DNA of 64,000 bases, taken from positions 576,001 through 640,000 of the forward strand of contig CAWFGO010000003.1 in the NCBI GenBank assembly GCA_963815455.1, read 5' to 3'. The translations under genes were made by a program, and so were the position numbers. The stretch comes from an uncultured Verrucomicrobiae bacterium. GTDB lineage: Bacteria > Verrucomicrobiota > Verrucomicrobiia > Chthoniobacterales > UBA10450. The notes below the pieces were generated by a model, which worked only from the letters and a program-made list of their open reading frames with translations, was not told where the DNA came from and searched no databases. Shown one piece after another: positions 1-9,235 of this stretch (positions are counted from its first letter, which is position 1; every line of letters starts with the position of its first letter).

Positions 1-2
1 TC

Positions 3-797
3 GGCTCCGCCCGGACGGCGCCGGACGCGCCCGTCTATCAGATGGCGGAAGAATTCGGTCGCGAGATTGTGAAGCACAAGTTCATGGTTATTACCGGCGG
101 CGGCGACGGCATCATGGGCGCTGCCCAGAAAGGCGCGGGCCGGGAAAACAGTTTCGGTCTCAATATTCGGCTGCCGTTCGAGCAAAGAGCGAACCCCGTT
201 ATCGAAGGCGACGGGAAACTCATCAACTTCAATTACTTTTTTACCCGGAAATTGAATTTTGTGAAAGAAACACATGCGTTGGCACTTTTTCCCGGCGGTT
301 TCGGGACCATGGACGAAGGCTTTGAAGTGCTCACACTAATGCAAACCGGCAAAGCCCGAATTATCCCGATGGTCCTCCTGGACATGCCCAACGGCAAGTA
401 TTGGGAGACGTGGATGAAATTTGTCCGCGACGACATGTTCAACCTTGGCTATGTGTCGCCCGAAGATTTTTCTCTCTTCAAACTCTGTCACAACGTGGCC
501 GAGGCCGTAAACGAGGTCGTGCGATTCTACTCGAATTATCACTCGGTCCGCTGGGTAGGCGACCAGCTCGTCCTGCGGATTCACCGCCGCCTGTCGGACA
601 AAGCGATTGTCGATCTAAACAAAAAATTCGCCGAGCTCGTGCGCGAAGGCGAAATTGTTCAAGGCAACGCGCTGCCGCCGGAAAAAAATGAGCCGGAAAT
701 CGCGGACCTGCCCCGGCTGGCCTTGACTCCGCACCGCCGGGATTTTGGCCGGTTTCGGCAACTGATCGACGCGATCAACGCCTCGTCAGTCGTGTGA
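3..797 (+). CDS. LOG-family nucleotide phosphoribohydrolase (Rossmann fold), 5'-partial
   Basis: Frame is open from the window edge (GSART...); motifs ITGGGDGIMGAA, FFTRKLNF and PGGFGTMDE are typical of the LOG family. Confidence 0.9.
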   Translation, partial: GSARTAPDAPVYQMAEEFGREIVKHKFMVITGGGDGIMGAAQKGAGRENSFGLNIRLPFEQRANPVIEGDGKLINFNYFFTRKLNFVKETHALALFPGGFGTMDEGFEVLTLMQTGKARIIPMVLLDMPNGKYWETWMKFVRDDMFNLGYVSPEDFSLFKLCHNVAEAVNEVVRFYSNYHSVRWVGDQLVLRIHRRLSDKAIVDLNKKFAELVREGEIVQGNALPPEKNEPEIADLPRLALTPHRRDFGRFRQLIDAINASSVV

Positions 798-1967
798 AAC
801 CAACTCCGCGGTAGCGACCGGCGCGAGCGACGACGGCATCCGCGCCGAAGCAACGGGCTCGATTTGGGGATGGCGGCAAAGAGATGCATCAACCCGCAGC
901 TTTTTTTCCATCATCCGATCGAACGAAAAATGTTCGCGAGCGTAATGAAGCGCGTTGGCTGCACAGTGCGCCATTAATTTTGGCTCGGAAACAAATTCCA
1001 GAATGGCCTCGGCCAGGGACTCGGCATCCCCCGGCTCGACGGCCAACCCGTTCTGTCGATCCTCGATGATCTCGGGGATGTCGCCCACCTTGGTGGCCAC
1101 GACCGTGCGGCCGCTGGCGAACGCTTCACGCAAGACAATCGGCGACGCTTCGGTATGCAGAGACGCGATCGCCACCAGGTCGCAAGCCGCGTAAATTTCG
1201 GGCGTATCCCAGCGATAGCCGACCATGAAAATTTTACCGGCCAATCGGTTACGATTGATGGCGTTTCTCACTTTTTCGCCCAGCTTGAACGAACCGGTGC
1301 CCTGCCCAACGATGACAAAGCGGACGTCCGGCCGCTCCTCCAACACCAGGCGGGCCGCTTCCACCAGCACGAGTTGACCCTTATCCGGGCGAATCATCCC
1401 GACGTTCCCGATGAGCGGCGTGTCGGCATCGATACCCATCTCACGCCGGAACTTCATCCTGTCGCGCGACGGATTGAACCGATGCAAATCGACAGCCGAC
1501 CCGATCACCTCGATCCGGCTCGAGTCGATTCCATGTTGCTCCACCAGCTGACGTTTGATGACCGATGCGTCGGCAACAATTTTCGTGCAGGCGTGTTTAA
1601 AAATGAATGCGCGGCCTCGGTTGCTGATCGGGTTCGTGATGCAACGGGCCCGCGTCACCGGTATTCCGCAAAAGTATAAGGGCAACGCGAGCCAGTGGTC
1701 CTTCGAGCTATAGGTCTTGATCAGATCTATTTTCCGTCGCCGGCAAAATCTCCAAAGCCGCCAGGAACAGACTGGATCCATCCGATGCTGCATCGGCATG
1801 GTCAGCACCCGGGTGTCGATGGCGCGAGCTTTGACGACGACCTCGCTTCTCGGATCGCAGATCAGCCAGGCCCGATGACCATGGGCATTAAGCCAATTGA
1901 TTTCGAGACAGGTTCGATATTCCTGCCCGCCCCAGCTTCGGCTGCTTTCCAAGTAAAGAATGTTCAC
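786..1967 (-). CDS. Glycosyltransferase family 4 (GT-B)
   Basis: N-terminal WGGQE, KGQ, EASPIVLREAFASG and TKVGDIPEII motifs. Confidence 0.9.
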   Translation of the reverse strand: MNILYLESSRSWGGQEYRTCLEINWLNAHGHRAWLICDPRSEVVVKARAIDTRVLTMPMQHRMDPVCSWRLWRFCRRRKIDLIKTYSSKDHWLALPLYFCGIPVTRARCITNPISNRGRAFIFKHACTKIVADASVIKRQLVEQHGIDSSRIEVIGSAVDLHRFNPSRDRMKFRREMGIDADTPLIGNVGMIRPDKGQLVLVEAARLVLEERPDVRFVIVGQGTGSFKLGEKVRNAINRNRLAGKIFMVGYRWDTPEIYAACDLVAIASLHTEASPIVLREAFASGRTVVATKVGDIPEIIEDRQNGLAVEPGDAESLAEAILEFVSEPKLMAHCAANALHYAREHFSFDRMMEKKLRVDASLCRHPQIEPVASARMPSSLAPVATAELVSHD

Positions 1968-1994
1968 GTGAGTTTAGATCGACAATCGCCAAGT

Positions 1995-2264
1995 TTAGCC
2001 GGTTGCCCCGCGTTTTTCGAGAATATAATCGTGGATCGTATTGACGCTCTTGAGCGCTTTCCCGGCGACTTCCGAGTTTGGCACACCCACTCCGAAGGTC
2101 TTTTCCATGCTGACGGCCAGTTCCAGTGCATCGATGGAATCCAGCCCAAGCCCATTCGGGCCAAACAAAGGCAGATCGTCGCCGATTTTATCGACAGTGG
2201 TTTGCAGCATCAGATTTTTCACCAGCATCTCCTTGATACGAGTGCGTAGATCGGGCTCGGACAT
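1995..2264 (-). CDS. Acyl carrier protein
   Basis: 89 aa from MSEPD; phosphopantetheine site GLGLDSIDALEL. Confidence 0.9.
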   Translation of the reverse strand: MSEPDLRTRIKEMLVKNLMLQTTVDKIGDDLPLFGPNGLGLDSIDALELAVSMEKTFGVGVPNSEVAGKALKSVNTIHDYILEKRGATG

Positions 2265-2455
2265 AACGGAAGGGGCGACTTTGTCGCAAACTGCGTGTCG
2301 GGTCAAACGTGTAGAGGCGGCCGCATGGCCAAGGTGGATCGGCCGCTCCGTCGGGCGATGCCAAAACAAATGCGGCTTCGCCGCCTTAATTATCATCGAG
2401 CTCGCCACAGGACGACTCCGTCCGACTGGCGGACAAGAGACTGCTCAATCCACCG

Positions 2456-2779
2456 CTACACCTGATCGACCTTGTCGCCGGGCGTGATCGCTTGATTGGG
2501 ATCGGGCTGCACCGCGCTGCTCGCAGGCGTGTCCGCAACTCGCGGAATAGTTGATTGGGCCGGTTTCACTTCCGGCTTGCCAGTCTCCCCTTCGGTTTTG
2601 CCGGCCTTATGCAGCTCGTCGTTAAACTCGTCCTTGGCTTTTTGAAACTCTTTCACGGCCTGCCCCATTCCCCGCGCAAGCTCGGGCAATTTTTTCGCGC
2701 CGAACAAAACAAGGACGATCAACAGAATGACGATCAAATCCGGCCCGGCCAAATTCATAAAGCTGGCGATAAGGCTCAT
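2456..2779 (-). CDS. tatA: Twin-arginine translocase TatA/TatE subunit
   Basis: TM helix followed by FGAKKLPELARGMGQAVKEF. Confidence 0.92.
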   Translation of the reverse strand: MSLIASFMNLAGPDLIVILLIVLVLFGAKKLPELARGMGQAVKEFQKAKDEFNDELHKAGKTEGETGKPEVKPAQSTIPRVADTPASSAVQPDPNQAITPGDKVDQV

Positions 2780-2840
2780 AAGGTGGCCCAAACATCAGAC
2801 CGTTTGCCCGACTTGCAAGGGGATTTCGGTGGGCCAGCTT

Positions 2841-2913
2841 AACCACGAATGAACACGAATAAACACGAATTCGAATCCCCTCTATTCGTATCCATTCGTG
2901 TTCATTCGTGGTT
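2841..2913. repeat. Hairpin made of three tandem 10-mers per arm
   Basis: AACCACGAAT GAACACGAAT AAACACGAAT, 13-nt loop, ATTCGTATCC ATTCGTGTTC ATTCGTGGTT. Confidence 0.9.
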
Positions 2914-2989
2914 GATTCCCTTCCAGCACGCAATCTGCTGGAATTTGACAGGTCCACCCGATTGTGGGAAAAAGGCAATCCCTAGCAAT

Positions 2990-3853
2990 ATGCGTCCGAT
3001 TTGGAAAGGCAGTATCAGCTTTGGGCTGGTTTACATCCCGGTGGCCGTTTACCCGGCTACGCGTGAGGAGAAAATTAGTTTCCGTCAACTTCGCTCCAGC
3101 GATCTGAGCCCGATCAAATACAAAAAGGTCGCGGAGGCCGATTCGAAAGAAGTCTCGGCCGATCAGATCGTCAAAGGTTTCGAGTACGAGCGGGGCCGCT
3201 ACGTAGTGATGAAGGACGAAGACTTCGAGAAAGTCCGGATCGAATCGACCCACTCCATCGACATCACCGACTTCGTCGAGGTCGAGCAGGTCGATCCGAA
3301 GTTCTTCTACAAACCGTATTTCCTCGAGCCGCAGAAAGGCGGCGAGAAAGCCTACACCGTCTTGCACAAGGCGCTCAGCGGCACGGGCAAGATCGGCGTG
3401 GCCAAGGTCGTGATCAGCAATCGCGAGCATCTGGCGGCGGTGAAGCCGGACGGACTGTTTCTGATCCTGGAGCTGATGCATTTCGCCAGCGAGATCATGA
3501 GCACGGAGATTTTGAAAAATGGCGCAGCCACGGCCGTGACCGACAAGGAATTGAAAATGGCGCAGGCGCTCATCGAGACCATGACCGTCCAGTGGACCCC
3601 GGAAAAATACCGCGACGAATATCGGACGGCGCTGATGGAAATCATCGAGCAGAAAGCGCAGAACAAACAGATCGCCGCCAAAGCCCCCGCCCCGCCCACG
3701 CCCACGAACGTTGTCGATCTTGTCAAAGTCCTGCAGGACAGCCTCAACCGGAGCCAATCGCTCAAGCAAAAGCGCAGCCCCGCTCGCTCGAATGGCCGCC
3801 GCTCCACCAGCGCGCTGATCAAGCAAAAGCGACGTGCCGGCGCCCTGGGCTGA
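2990..3853 (+). CDS. ku: Ku, NHEJ DNA end-binding protein
   Basis: MRPIWKGSISFGLV start, PEKYRDEY, VVDL and a basic C-terminal tail. Confidence 0.95.
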   Translation: MRPIWKGSISFGLVYIPVAVYPATREEKISFRQLRSSDLSPIKYKKVAEADSKEVSADQIVKGFEYERGRYVVMKDEDFEKVRIESTHSIDITDFVEVEQVDPKFFYKPYFLEPQKGGEKAYTVLHKALSGTGKIGVAKVVISNREHLAAVKPDGLFLILELMHFASEIMSTEILKNGAATAVTDKELKMAQALIETMTVQWTPEKYRDEYRTALMEIIEQKAQNKQIAAKAPAPPTPTNVVDLVKVLQDSLNRSQSLKQKRSPARSNGRRSTSALIKQKRRAGALG

Positions 3854-3919
3854 TCGGATTAGGCGAACAAATGTTCGCTTTTAATTACGAACGTTCGTCT
3901 ACTTCTCGTTAGGTCTTGA

Positions 3920-4342
3920 ATGCCCTCGTTTTTGCGCTTCCAGACAAAGTTGCCTGACCGGGATTCCGGCAAACCGACCGGTATCTTCGTAGTCGCCCAC
4001 GAGCTCCGCGACAGTGATCGGGTCTCGCGGGAAGAGGAAGAGTGGCTCAGGAGTTGCCTCGCTTGGTTCAAAATGCATTTGAAAGTGCCACGCTGTTTGC
4101 GAGATCCAGCAAACCGCCGCGCGATCTCCTGGTTCAAGGGAGACAACCGCAACGCGATTTCGCGCATCTGGGATCTCGTCGCCTTTCTAAAAGATTATGG
4201 CATCTTCATCGACATAGTGCGCACACGCGACCCTGGGATCATTATTTACGAAGATGGCTATCAGGTCGTGGCGAAGCCGCGCCGAAAGAGACCTAACCAA
4301 ACGATGCAGCCAACCACTGGACGGCGTACGGCCTCGCGTTAA
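3920..4342 (+). CDS. Cassette-encoded hypothetical protein
   Basis: 140-aa ORF starting just after GTTAGGT; reads into the attC. Confidence 0.75.
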   Translation: MPSFLRFQTKLPDRDSGKPTGIFVVAHELRDSDRVSREEEEWLRSCLAWFKMHLKVPRCLRDPANRRAISWFKGDNRNAISRIWDLVAFLKDYGIFIDIVRTRDPGIIIYEDGYQVVAKPRRKRPNQTMQPTTGRRTASR

Positions 4343-4414
4343 ATTTATGAAAGCACCTCCCTTGCAGGCCACACGCGCTCTCGCCAGCGGTGGCTGATCT
4401 TGTTCTCGTTAGAC
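4291..4414 (+). other. attC site
   Basis: ACCTAAC...GGCTGATCTTGTTCTC-GTTAGAC, 124 bp, imperfect palindrome. Confidence 0.9.
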
Positions 4415-4421
4415 CTAAAGC

Positions 4422-4763
4422 GTGTCATCAATCCCCTTTGCTCTTTGTGCAGCGATGTTCTGTCTTGCACTAACAAGCTGCGAGAGGAGATCAGCGACCC
4501 CCGAGGATTTCCGCCGCGGTGATGAGATCGTTGCGGCGCTTCAGAAGTATCGTGCTGACCATGGCCACTATCCTGACACACTAGGCCCATTGGCACCTGA
4601 CTATATTCGCGAGATCAAAGACCCGGATTATGGCGAACGGCGATGGGATTACATCCATTATTGCGAGAAAGATACCTACGCTCTTTTCATGTGGACCTCG
4701 ACGAAGGCGGGCTGCGGCTACAACGTACCCGATTCCAAATGGACGCGGATCGACAATTCTTGA
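4422..4763 (+). CDS. Cassette-encoded putative lipoprotein
   Basis: Signal peptide with lipobox LTSC; bounded by attC cores. Confidence 0.75.
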   Translation: MSSIPFALCAAMFCLALTSCERRSATPEDFRRGDEIVAALQKYRADHGHYPDTLGPLAPDYIREIKDPDYGERRWDYIHYCEKDTYALFMWTSTKAGCGYNVPDSKWTRIDNS

Positions 4764-4779
4764 TGAAGCGACGCAACAG

Positions 4780-4903
4780 GTCTAACCAGACGGTCGAGCG
4801 AACGGCGGCTGGCCTTGTGTTCGACACTTTGAGTAGCTAGTATCTTTCTCATGCAATCTACGCGCCCTCTCCGCCGCCGTCGCTCATCTTGTTCTCGTTA
4901 GGC
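4780..4903 (+). other. attC site
   Basis: GTCTAAC...CGCTCATCTTGTTCTC-GTTAGGC, 124 bp. Confidence 0.9.
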
Positions 4904-4919
4904 CGACAGCGAAAATGCA

Positions 4920-5303
4920 ATGAAACGCACATGGACAATCATCGGCGTGAGTGACGTTCCGGGGAGCTTCAAATGGTACCAGTCGCTCTTCGGCCAGCCC
5001 CAGACGCAGCCGGGCCACGACTACTTTGGTCAGATCCTGGATACGGATGGAACCGTTTTGCTCTGTCTCCACCAGTGGGGCGCGCACGAGCATCCCTCCT
5101 TGATGAGTCCGAGCCAGGCGCCACCTGGCAACGGGCTCCTCTTGTTCTTCCGCGTCGACGACTACGACAAGGCCCTGAACAGGGCACGCGCTTTCGTCGC
5201 CCGATTCGAGGAGGAGCCCCACGTGAACCCGAACACTCGAACAAGGGAGTTCTCACTCCGGGATCCGGACGGATACTACGTCACGATCAGCGCTGATCGT
5301 TAG
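4920..5303 (+). CDS. VOC/glyoxalase family protein (cassette)
   Basis: VSDVPGSFKWYQSLFG and REFSLRDPDGY motifs. Confidence 0.88.
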   Translation: MKRTWTIIGVSDVPGSFKWYQSLFGQPQTQPGHDYFGQILDTDGTVLLCLHQWGAHEHPSLMSPSQAPPGNGLLLFFRVDDYDKALNRARAFVARFEEEPHVNPNTRTREFSLRDPDGYYVTISADR

Positions 5304-5344
5304 GCTTATGCAGTGCAGCGTCAGAATCAACTCAACATAACCAA

Positions 5345-5782
5345 ATGCCCACAAAACCAATTCCTGACGGATTCCACGCCGTTACTCCCTATCTATTCGC
5401 CCAAGGTGCTTCGCGGTTGATTGAGTTCATCTCCGCGGCATTCCACGGCGAGGTGATCTTCCGACAAACCCGGCCAGATGGCGCAATCATGCACGCCACA
5501 ATGCGAATCGGAGACTCGATGCTCATGCTGGCCGACCCAACCCCACAGTTTGGACCGATGCCCGCCTCGATCTATCTGTACGTGCACGACTCCGACACCG
5601 TTTATCATTCCGCGCTCAAGGCAGGCGGAGTTTCTGTTTTTCCCATCATGACGTTGCCTTCGGGTGAACGGTATGGCGGCGTCAAAGATCCCTGCGGCAA
5701 CATTTGGTGGGTTGCCACCCACGTCGAGGATGTTCCTCTCGACGAGCAGGAACGACGCTGGAAAGAATTCAAAATGCCATGA
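5345..5782 (+). CDS. VOC family, PhnB-like protein (cassette)
   Basis: PIPDGFHAVTPYL, HATMRIGDS and GERYGGVKDPCGNIWW motifs. Confidence 0.9.
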   Translation: MPTKPIPDGFHAVTPYLFAQGASRLIEFISAAFHGEVIFRQTRPDGAIMHATMRIGDSMLMLADPTPQFGPMPASIYLYVHDSDTVYHSALKAGGVSVFPIMTLPSGERYGGVKDPCGNIWWVATHVEDVPLDEQERRWKEFKMP

Positions 5783-5802
5783 GTCAAGCGAATCTGAACC
5801 CG

Positions 5803-5892
5803 GCCTAACCATTCGATACAGCCAACCGCTGGCCGCTGTACTGAGAAGGTTGAGGGTTGAGAGATGATAGTTGAGAGTAAAGCAAAGCTCGC
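5803..5892 (+). other. Truncated attC (left arm only)
   Basis: GCCTAACCATTCGATACAGCCAAC resembles the left arm at 4291; no GTTRRRY at the expected distance. Confidence 0.7.
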
Positions 5893-6036
5893 CATACAAC
5901 TCCGGCGTGTCTGCCACGACACCCTGCCGCAGCTCATCTCTGAGCGCAGCAAGGAAGGTAGTGAGCTTCGCCATCTGCTTATAAAGGGCAGAGTCGACGA
6001 ACAGGTCGGGTTCGGCTAAGAAATAAGGCCGCTGAA

Positions 6037-6681
6037 ATGAAAACGCTTGGTCATTTATTCGAGAACAACAAAGCCTGGGTTGAACGCATCCGGAAGCAGG
6101 ACCGGGATTTTTTCGTTAAGCTTTCGCGTCAGCAATCGCCCAATTATCTGTGGATCGGTTGCGCCGACAGCCGGGTTCCGGCCAATGAGATCGTCGGGCT
6201 TCTCCCGGGCGAGTTGTTTGTTCATCGTAATGTCGCCAATCTGGTGGTTCACACCGATCTAAATTGTCTGTCGGTGATTCAGTTTGCAGTGGACGTGCTG
6301 AAGGTGAGCCACATCATCGTGTGCGGTCATTATGGATGCGGCGGGGTGAAAGCGGCGTTTCACGGCGACCGAGTTGGCTTGAGCGATAACTGGCTGCGTC
6401 ATGTGAAGGATGTGCGCGACAAACACCTTCGCCACCTGCCAGTTGCCAGAAAAGATGACGATGCCGTCGATCGCCTTTGCGAGTTCAACGTCATCGAGCA
6501 GGTCACGAATGTCTGCCAGACCACAATCGTGCAGGATGCCTGGGAGCGCGGCCAGAGCCTGGCGGTGCACGGCTGGATCTACGAACTGAAGGATGGACTT
6601 CTGCGCGATTTGAAAATGACCATTAGCGGCGTCGATGAGGTTCGCCCCGCCTACCAGGCTGCGATTTCAGCCGCGACCTAG
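6037..6681 (+). CDS. can: Beta-class carbonic anhydrase
   Basis: WIGCADSRVP and CGHYGCGG zinc motifs. Confidence 0.95.
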   Translation: MKTLGHLFENNKAWVERIRKQDRDFFVKLSRQQSPNYLWIGCADSRVPANEIVGLLPGELFVHRNVANLVVHTDLNCLSVIQFAVDVLKVSHIIVCGHYGCGGVKAAFHGDRVGLSDNWLRHVKDVRDKHLRHLPVARKDDDAVDRLCEFNVIEQVTNVCQTTIVQDAWERGQSLAVHGWIYELKDGLLRDLKMTISGVDEVRPAYQAAISAAT

Positions 6682-7910
6682 GAAGGTCGGCCCGCGGCGG
6701 CTGGAGCGTGCTGTGAAACCGCGCTGGCAGCATGTTGCGCTTGCAAGATAGTTTCCATCGGTTCGGGAATGTTTAGTTTTAGCCCGGAAGGTTTATCGGT
6801 GTAGTCCATCCCACGACGCTTCTTAAGAAGATCGACATCGCGACGAACCCGGCTCCGGTTCGTGCAGTAGATCATTACCGTTTCTTCGGAAATCAAGTCG
6901 GCCTCGAATGCCCGGAGCAGCGATTGATCGAAAGTGTGCCAACCAAGCGTGGATCCGGATTCCATCATTTCGGCAAAGGTTTTGTTTTCCGATTCGCCGT
7001 AAACAATTGCCTCGCGCGTGCGCAGGCTGCTGCCCATCACTTCCGTTACCAGCAGACGGCCCCCGCCCGTCTTGCTGACGAGACGCTGGCTGGCGATGTA
7101 ACGCACCGTTTCCGAGAGACGCTGGCGGACCTGCGATTCTTCTTCGCGTGGAAACATTCCGAGAATTCGACCGATGGTTTGCCCGGCATTGACAGTGTGA
7201 AGGGTGCTGAACACCAAATGGCCGGTTTCGCTCGCCGACATGGCGATCTCCATCGAGTCACGGTCGCGAATCTCGCCCACGAAAATTACCTTTGGCGCCT
7301 GGCGCAGGGAGGCGCGCAGTCCATCCGCATACGTGGGAAAATCTTTGCCCAGTTCTCGCTGATTAATGACTGCCTTCTTATGCCGATGTTGATATTCAAC
7401 CGGGTCCTCCAGCGTGACGATGTGAATTGCCTGCGTCTCGTTAAGCGCGTCGAGCAACGCGGCCAGAGTCGTGCTCTTGCCCGAGCCCGTGCTGCCGGTA
7501 ATCAAAACGATCCCATCTTTTTCTTTTGCAAATTCATGGAAAACCGGCGCCAACTGGAGGCCTTCCAACGTTGGGATTTGTGAATCGAGCTTGCGCATGA
7601 CGACGGCATGCCGGCCGTTTTGCCTAAAGATGTTGACTCGAAATCGCGCCACGCTGTCGATGGCATAGCTGCAGTCGCACGAGCCCAACCGATCAAAGTC
7701 CCGGAGCAACCGCTCGTTGCCGCCGATGATATGATCAGCCAGCGTCTGGATCTGATCGGAAGTGAGGACCCCCGTATCGACGGCGAATTCATTCAACCGG
7801 CCGTGGATTTCGACCAAGGGCGGCTTGCCGGCGACGAAAATAAGGTCGGAAACGCTGTCGCTTACCCTCAGCATTGCGGAAAGCAACGCATGAATCGTTT
7901 CCTTGTTCAT
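6678..7910 (-). CDS. pilT: PilT/PilU-family type IV pilus ATPase
   Basis: GSTGSGKST, TLEDPVE, LRQAPKVIFVGEIRD and TGHLVFSTLHT. Confidence 0.9.
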   Translation of the reverse strand: MNKETIHALLSAMLRVSDSVSDLIFVAGKPPLVEIHGRLNEFAVDTGVLTSDQIQTLADHIIGGNERLLRDFDRLGSCDCSYAIDSVARFRVNIFRQNGRHAVVMRKLDSQIPTLEGLQLAPVFHEFAKEKDGIVLITGSTGSGKSTTLAALLDALNETQAIHIVTLEDPVEYQHRHKKAVINQRELGKDFPTYADGLRASLRQAPKVIFVGEIRDRDSMEIAMSASETGHLVFSTLHTVNAGQTIGRILGMFPREEESQVRQRLSETVRYIASQRLVSKTGGGRLLVTEVMGSSLRTREAIVYGESENKTFAEMMESGSTLGWHTFDQSLLRAFEADLISEETVMIYCTNRSRVRRDVDLLKKRRGMDYTDKPSGLKLNIPEPMETILQAQHAASAVSQHAPAAAGRPS

Positions 7911-8101
7911 TTCCCGCGGGAGAACAAAGCTTGGATCGTGCCGAATCGGCGACGGCTTGGGGTAATTATCCGCTAAAACCGCGCCGGCCAGCGAGCAGGG
8001 CAAGATCTTGCCTACGATGCGCTTGGAAGACGTTCCAAAGGGTCAAATTCCAAAGCGTAACCGGAGCCTTCTGCCCTCCTTCCGGCTTCCTCGTTTCCAG
8101 C

Positions 8102-8497
8102 TCAGGTAATTTGCCGTACGAACAGCGGGATCGAGGCCTCATGTCGATCGTCCACGGCCAAGTCGATCGAATACTCGCCAAACTTCGGCAGTTTGAGTTG
8201 CTGGATCACAAGGACCAGGCACGAGGTGATGCTCGACTCGCCGGGCGGAAATTGCACCTGAGTCGCCGCATCCAGGGTGGGCATGATCGATTTTCCATCG
8301 GAATCGACAAACGAAATCCGGATCCGTTTCTGTCCCTCCTCCAGCCGCTCGTAGCGCAATTTGATGGCCAGGGCGCATTGCGGATGCATGACCGGCGCTT
8401 CTTTCGCGTTCAGCCGGTCGAACGAGCCCAGGATATTCAGTTTCCCGCCGGCATCGGTCGTTGCCGCATCGCACAACGTAAAAATTTCAACTTTCAT
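8102..8497 (-). CDS. Hypothetical beta-rich protein (DUF6941-like)
   Basis: LCDAA..GKLNILG.FD and FGEYSIDL pattern. Confidence 0.7.
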   Translation of the reverse strand: MKVEIFTLCDAATTDAGGKLNILGSFDRLNAKEAPVMHPQCALAIKLRYERLEEGQKRIRISFVDSDGKSIMPTLDAATQVQFPPGESSITSCLVLVIQQLKLPKFGEYSIDLAVDDRHEASIPLFVRQIT

Positions 8498-8673
8498 TTA
8501 TGGCCTAATTAACCACACAGATCACAAAGATCGCAGAGAAAAATCCATCTTTATCTGCGAGGTGGATCGACCGCTCCGCGGGCGAGGCCAAAATGGCGCC
8601 GAAGGCGCATCATTTTAGCATCGAGCAAGGGACTGCTCGATCCGCCCGCTGCGAATTCGCGCCGACAGGGGGT

Positions 8674-9160
8674 TCACTCTTCCCCCTCGAAGTAATCGGC
8701 CTCCTTGCCAATTACGATCACCTCATCGGTCCCTTCCCTGAGCACCGCAAACTTGCCGCTATCGGGATAAAAACAGGAATCGCCGCGCGGATTATCGGCA
8801 ATAACGTAGTAAACGAAATCGTCATCTTCCCGCGCAGCGAGCTGGTGCGCTGCGCCTGGGCCGAAAAAAGAATGAGTCGCCCGGTCCGACTTCAGTTGGT
8901 CCGTCCTTGTCCCGAATTTTGCCGCGGCCCGAAACCACCAGATAAAACTCGAACTCGGCCGAGTGCGAATGATACGGGCAATACGTCTTCCCTTTTGGAA
9001 TTCGCACCAGAGCCAGGTCGAACGGATGCCGTTTCATTAGGTCGAGCGACTCCGGCTCGCGCCCCAGCGCGACCGAAATGTTTTTTACAAATTTATGAAA
9101 GTTCCCCTTCGGCGATTTCCGCTCCTGTTCTTCAACATCTTTCAGGTTCACTTTGCGCAT
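8674..9160 (-). CDS. Cupin domain protein with one frameshift near 8865
   Basis: PYHSHSAEFEFYLVVSG; continues in another frame as GPGAAHQ...YPDSGK...YFEGEE*; shift lies in a homopolymer run. Confidence 0.8.
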
Positions 9161-9235
9161 ACGGCAACTCCTATCCGCGCCTGCGAAGACACGCGAGAAA
9201 AAATCAGCGGCATCCCGCCTCGTCCGAACGGAATT

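Larger units (their letters stand above)
3908..5892 (+). mobile_element. Integron gene-cassette array without integrase in the window (CALIN-like), array 1
   Basis: GTTRRRY cores at 3908, 4408, 4897 and 5299 match RYYYAAC inverse cores at 4291, 4780 and 5803; short co-oriented ORFs lie between them. Confidence 0.88.

Noticed and set aside
786..2264. ACP plus GT4 as a biosynthetic gene cluster
   Set aside because: No ketosynthase, ligase or acyltransferase adjacent; insufficient support
3908..5892. CRISPR array
   Set aside because: Repeats are long imperfect palindromes separated by whole genes (attC pattern); no constant repeat-spacer periodicity and no cas genes in the window
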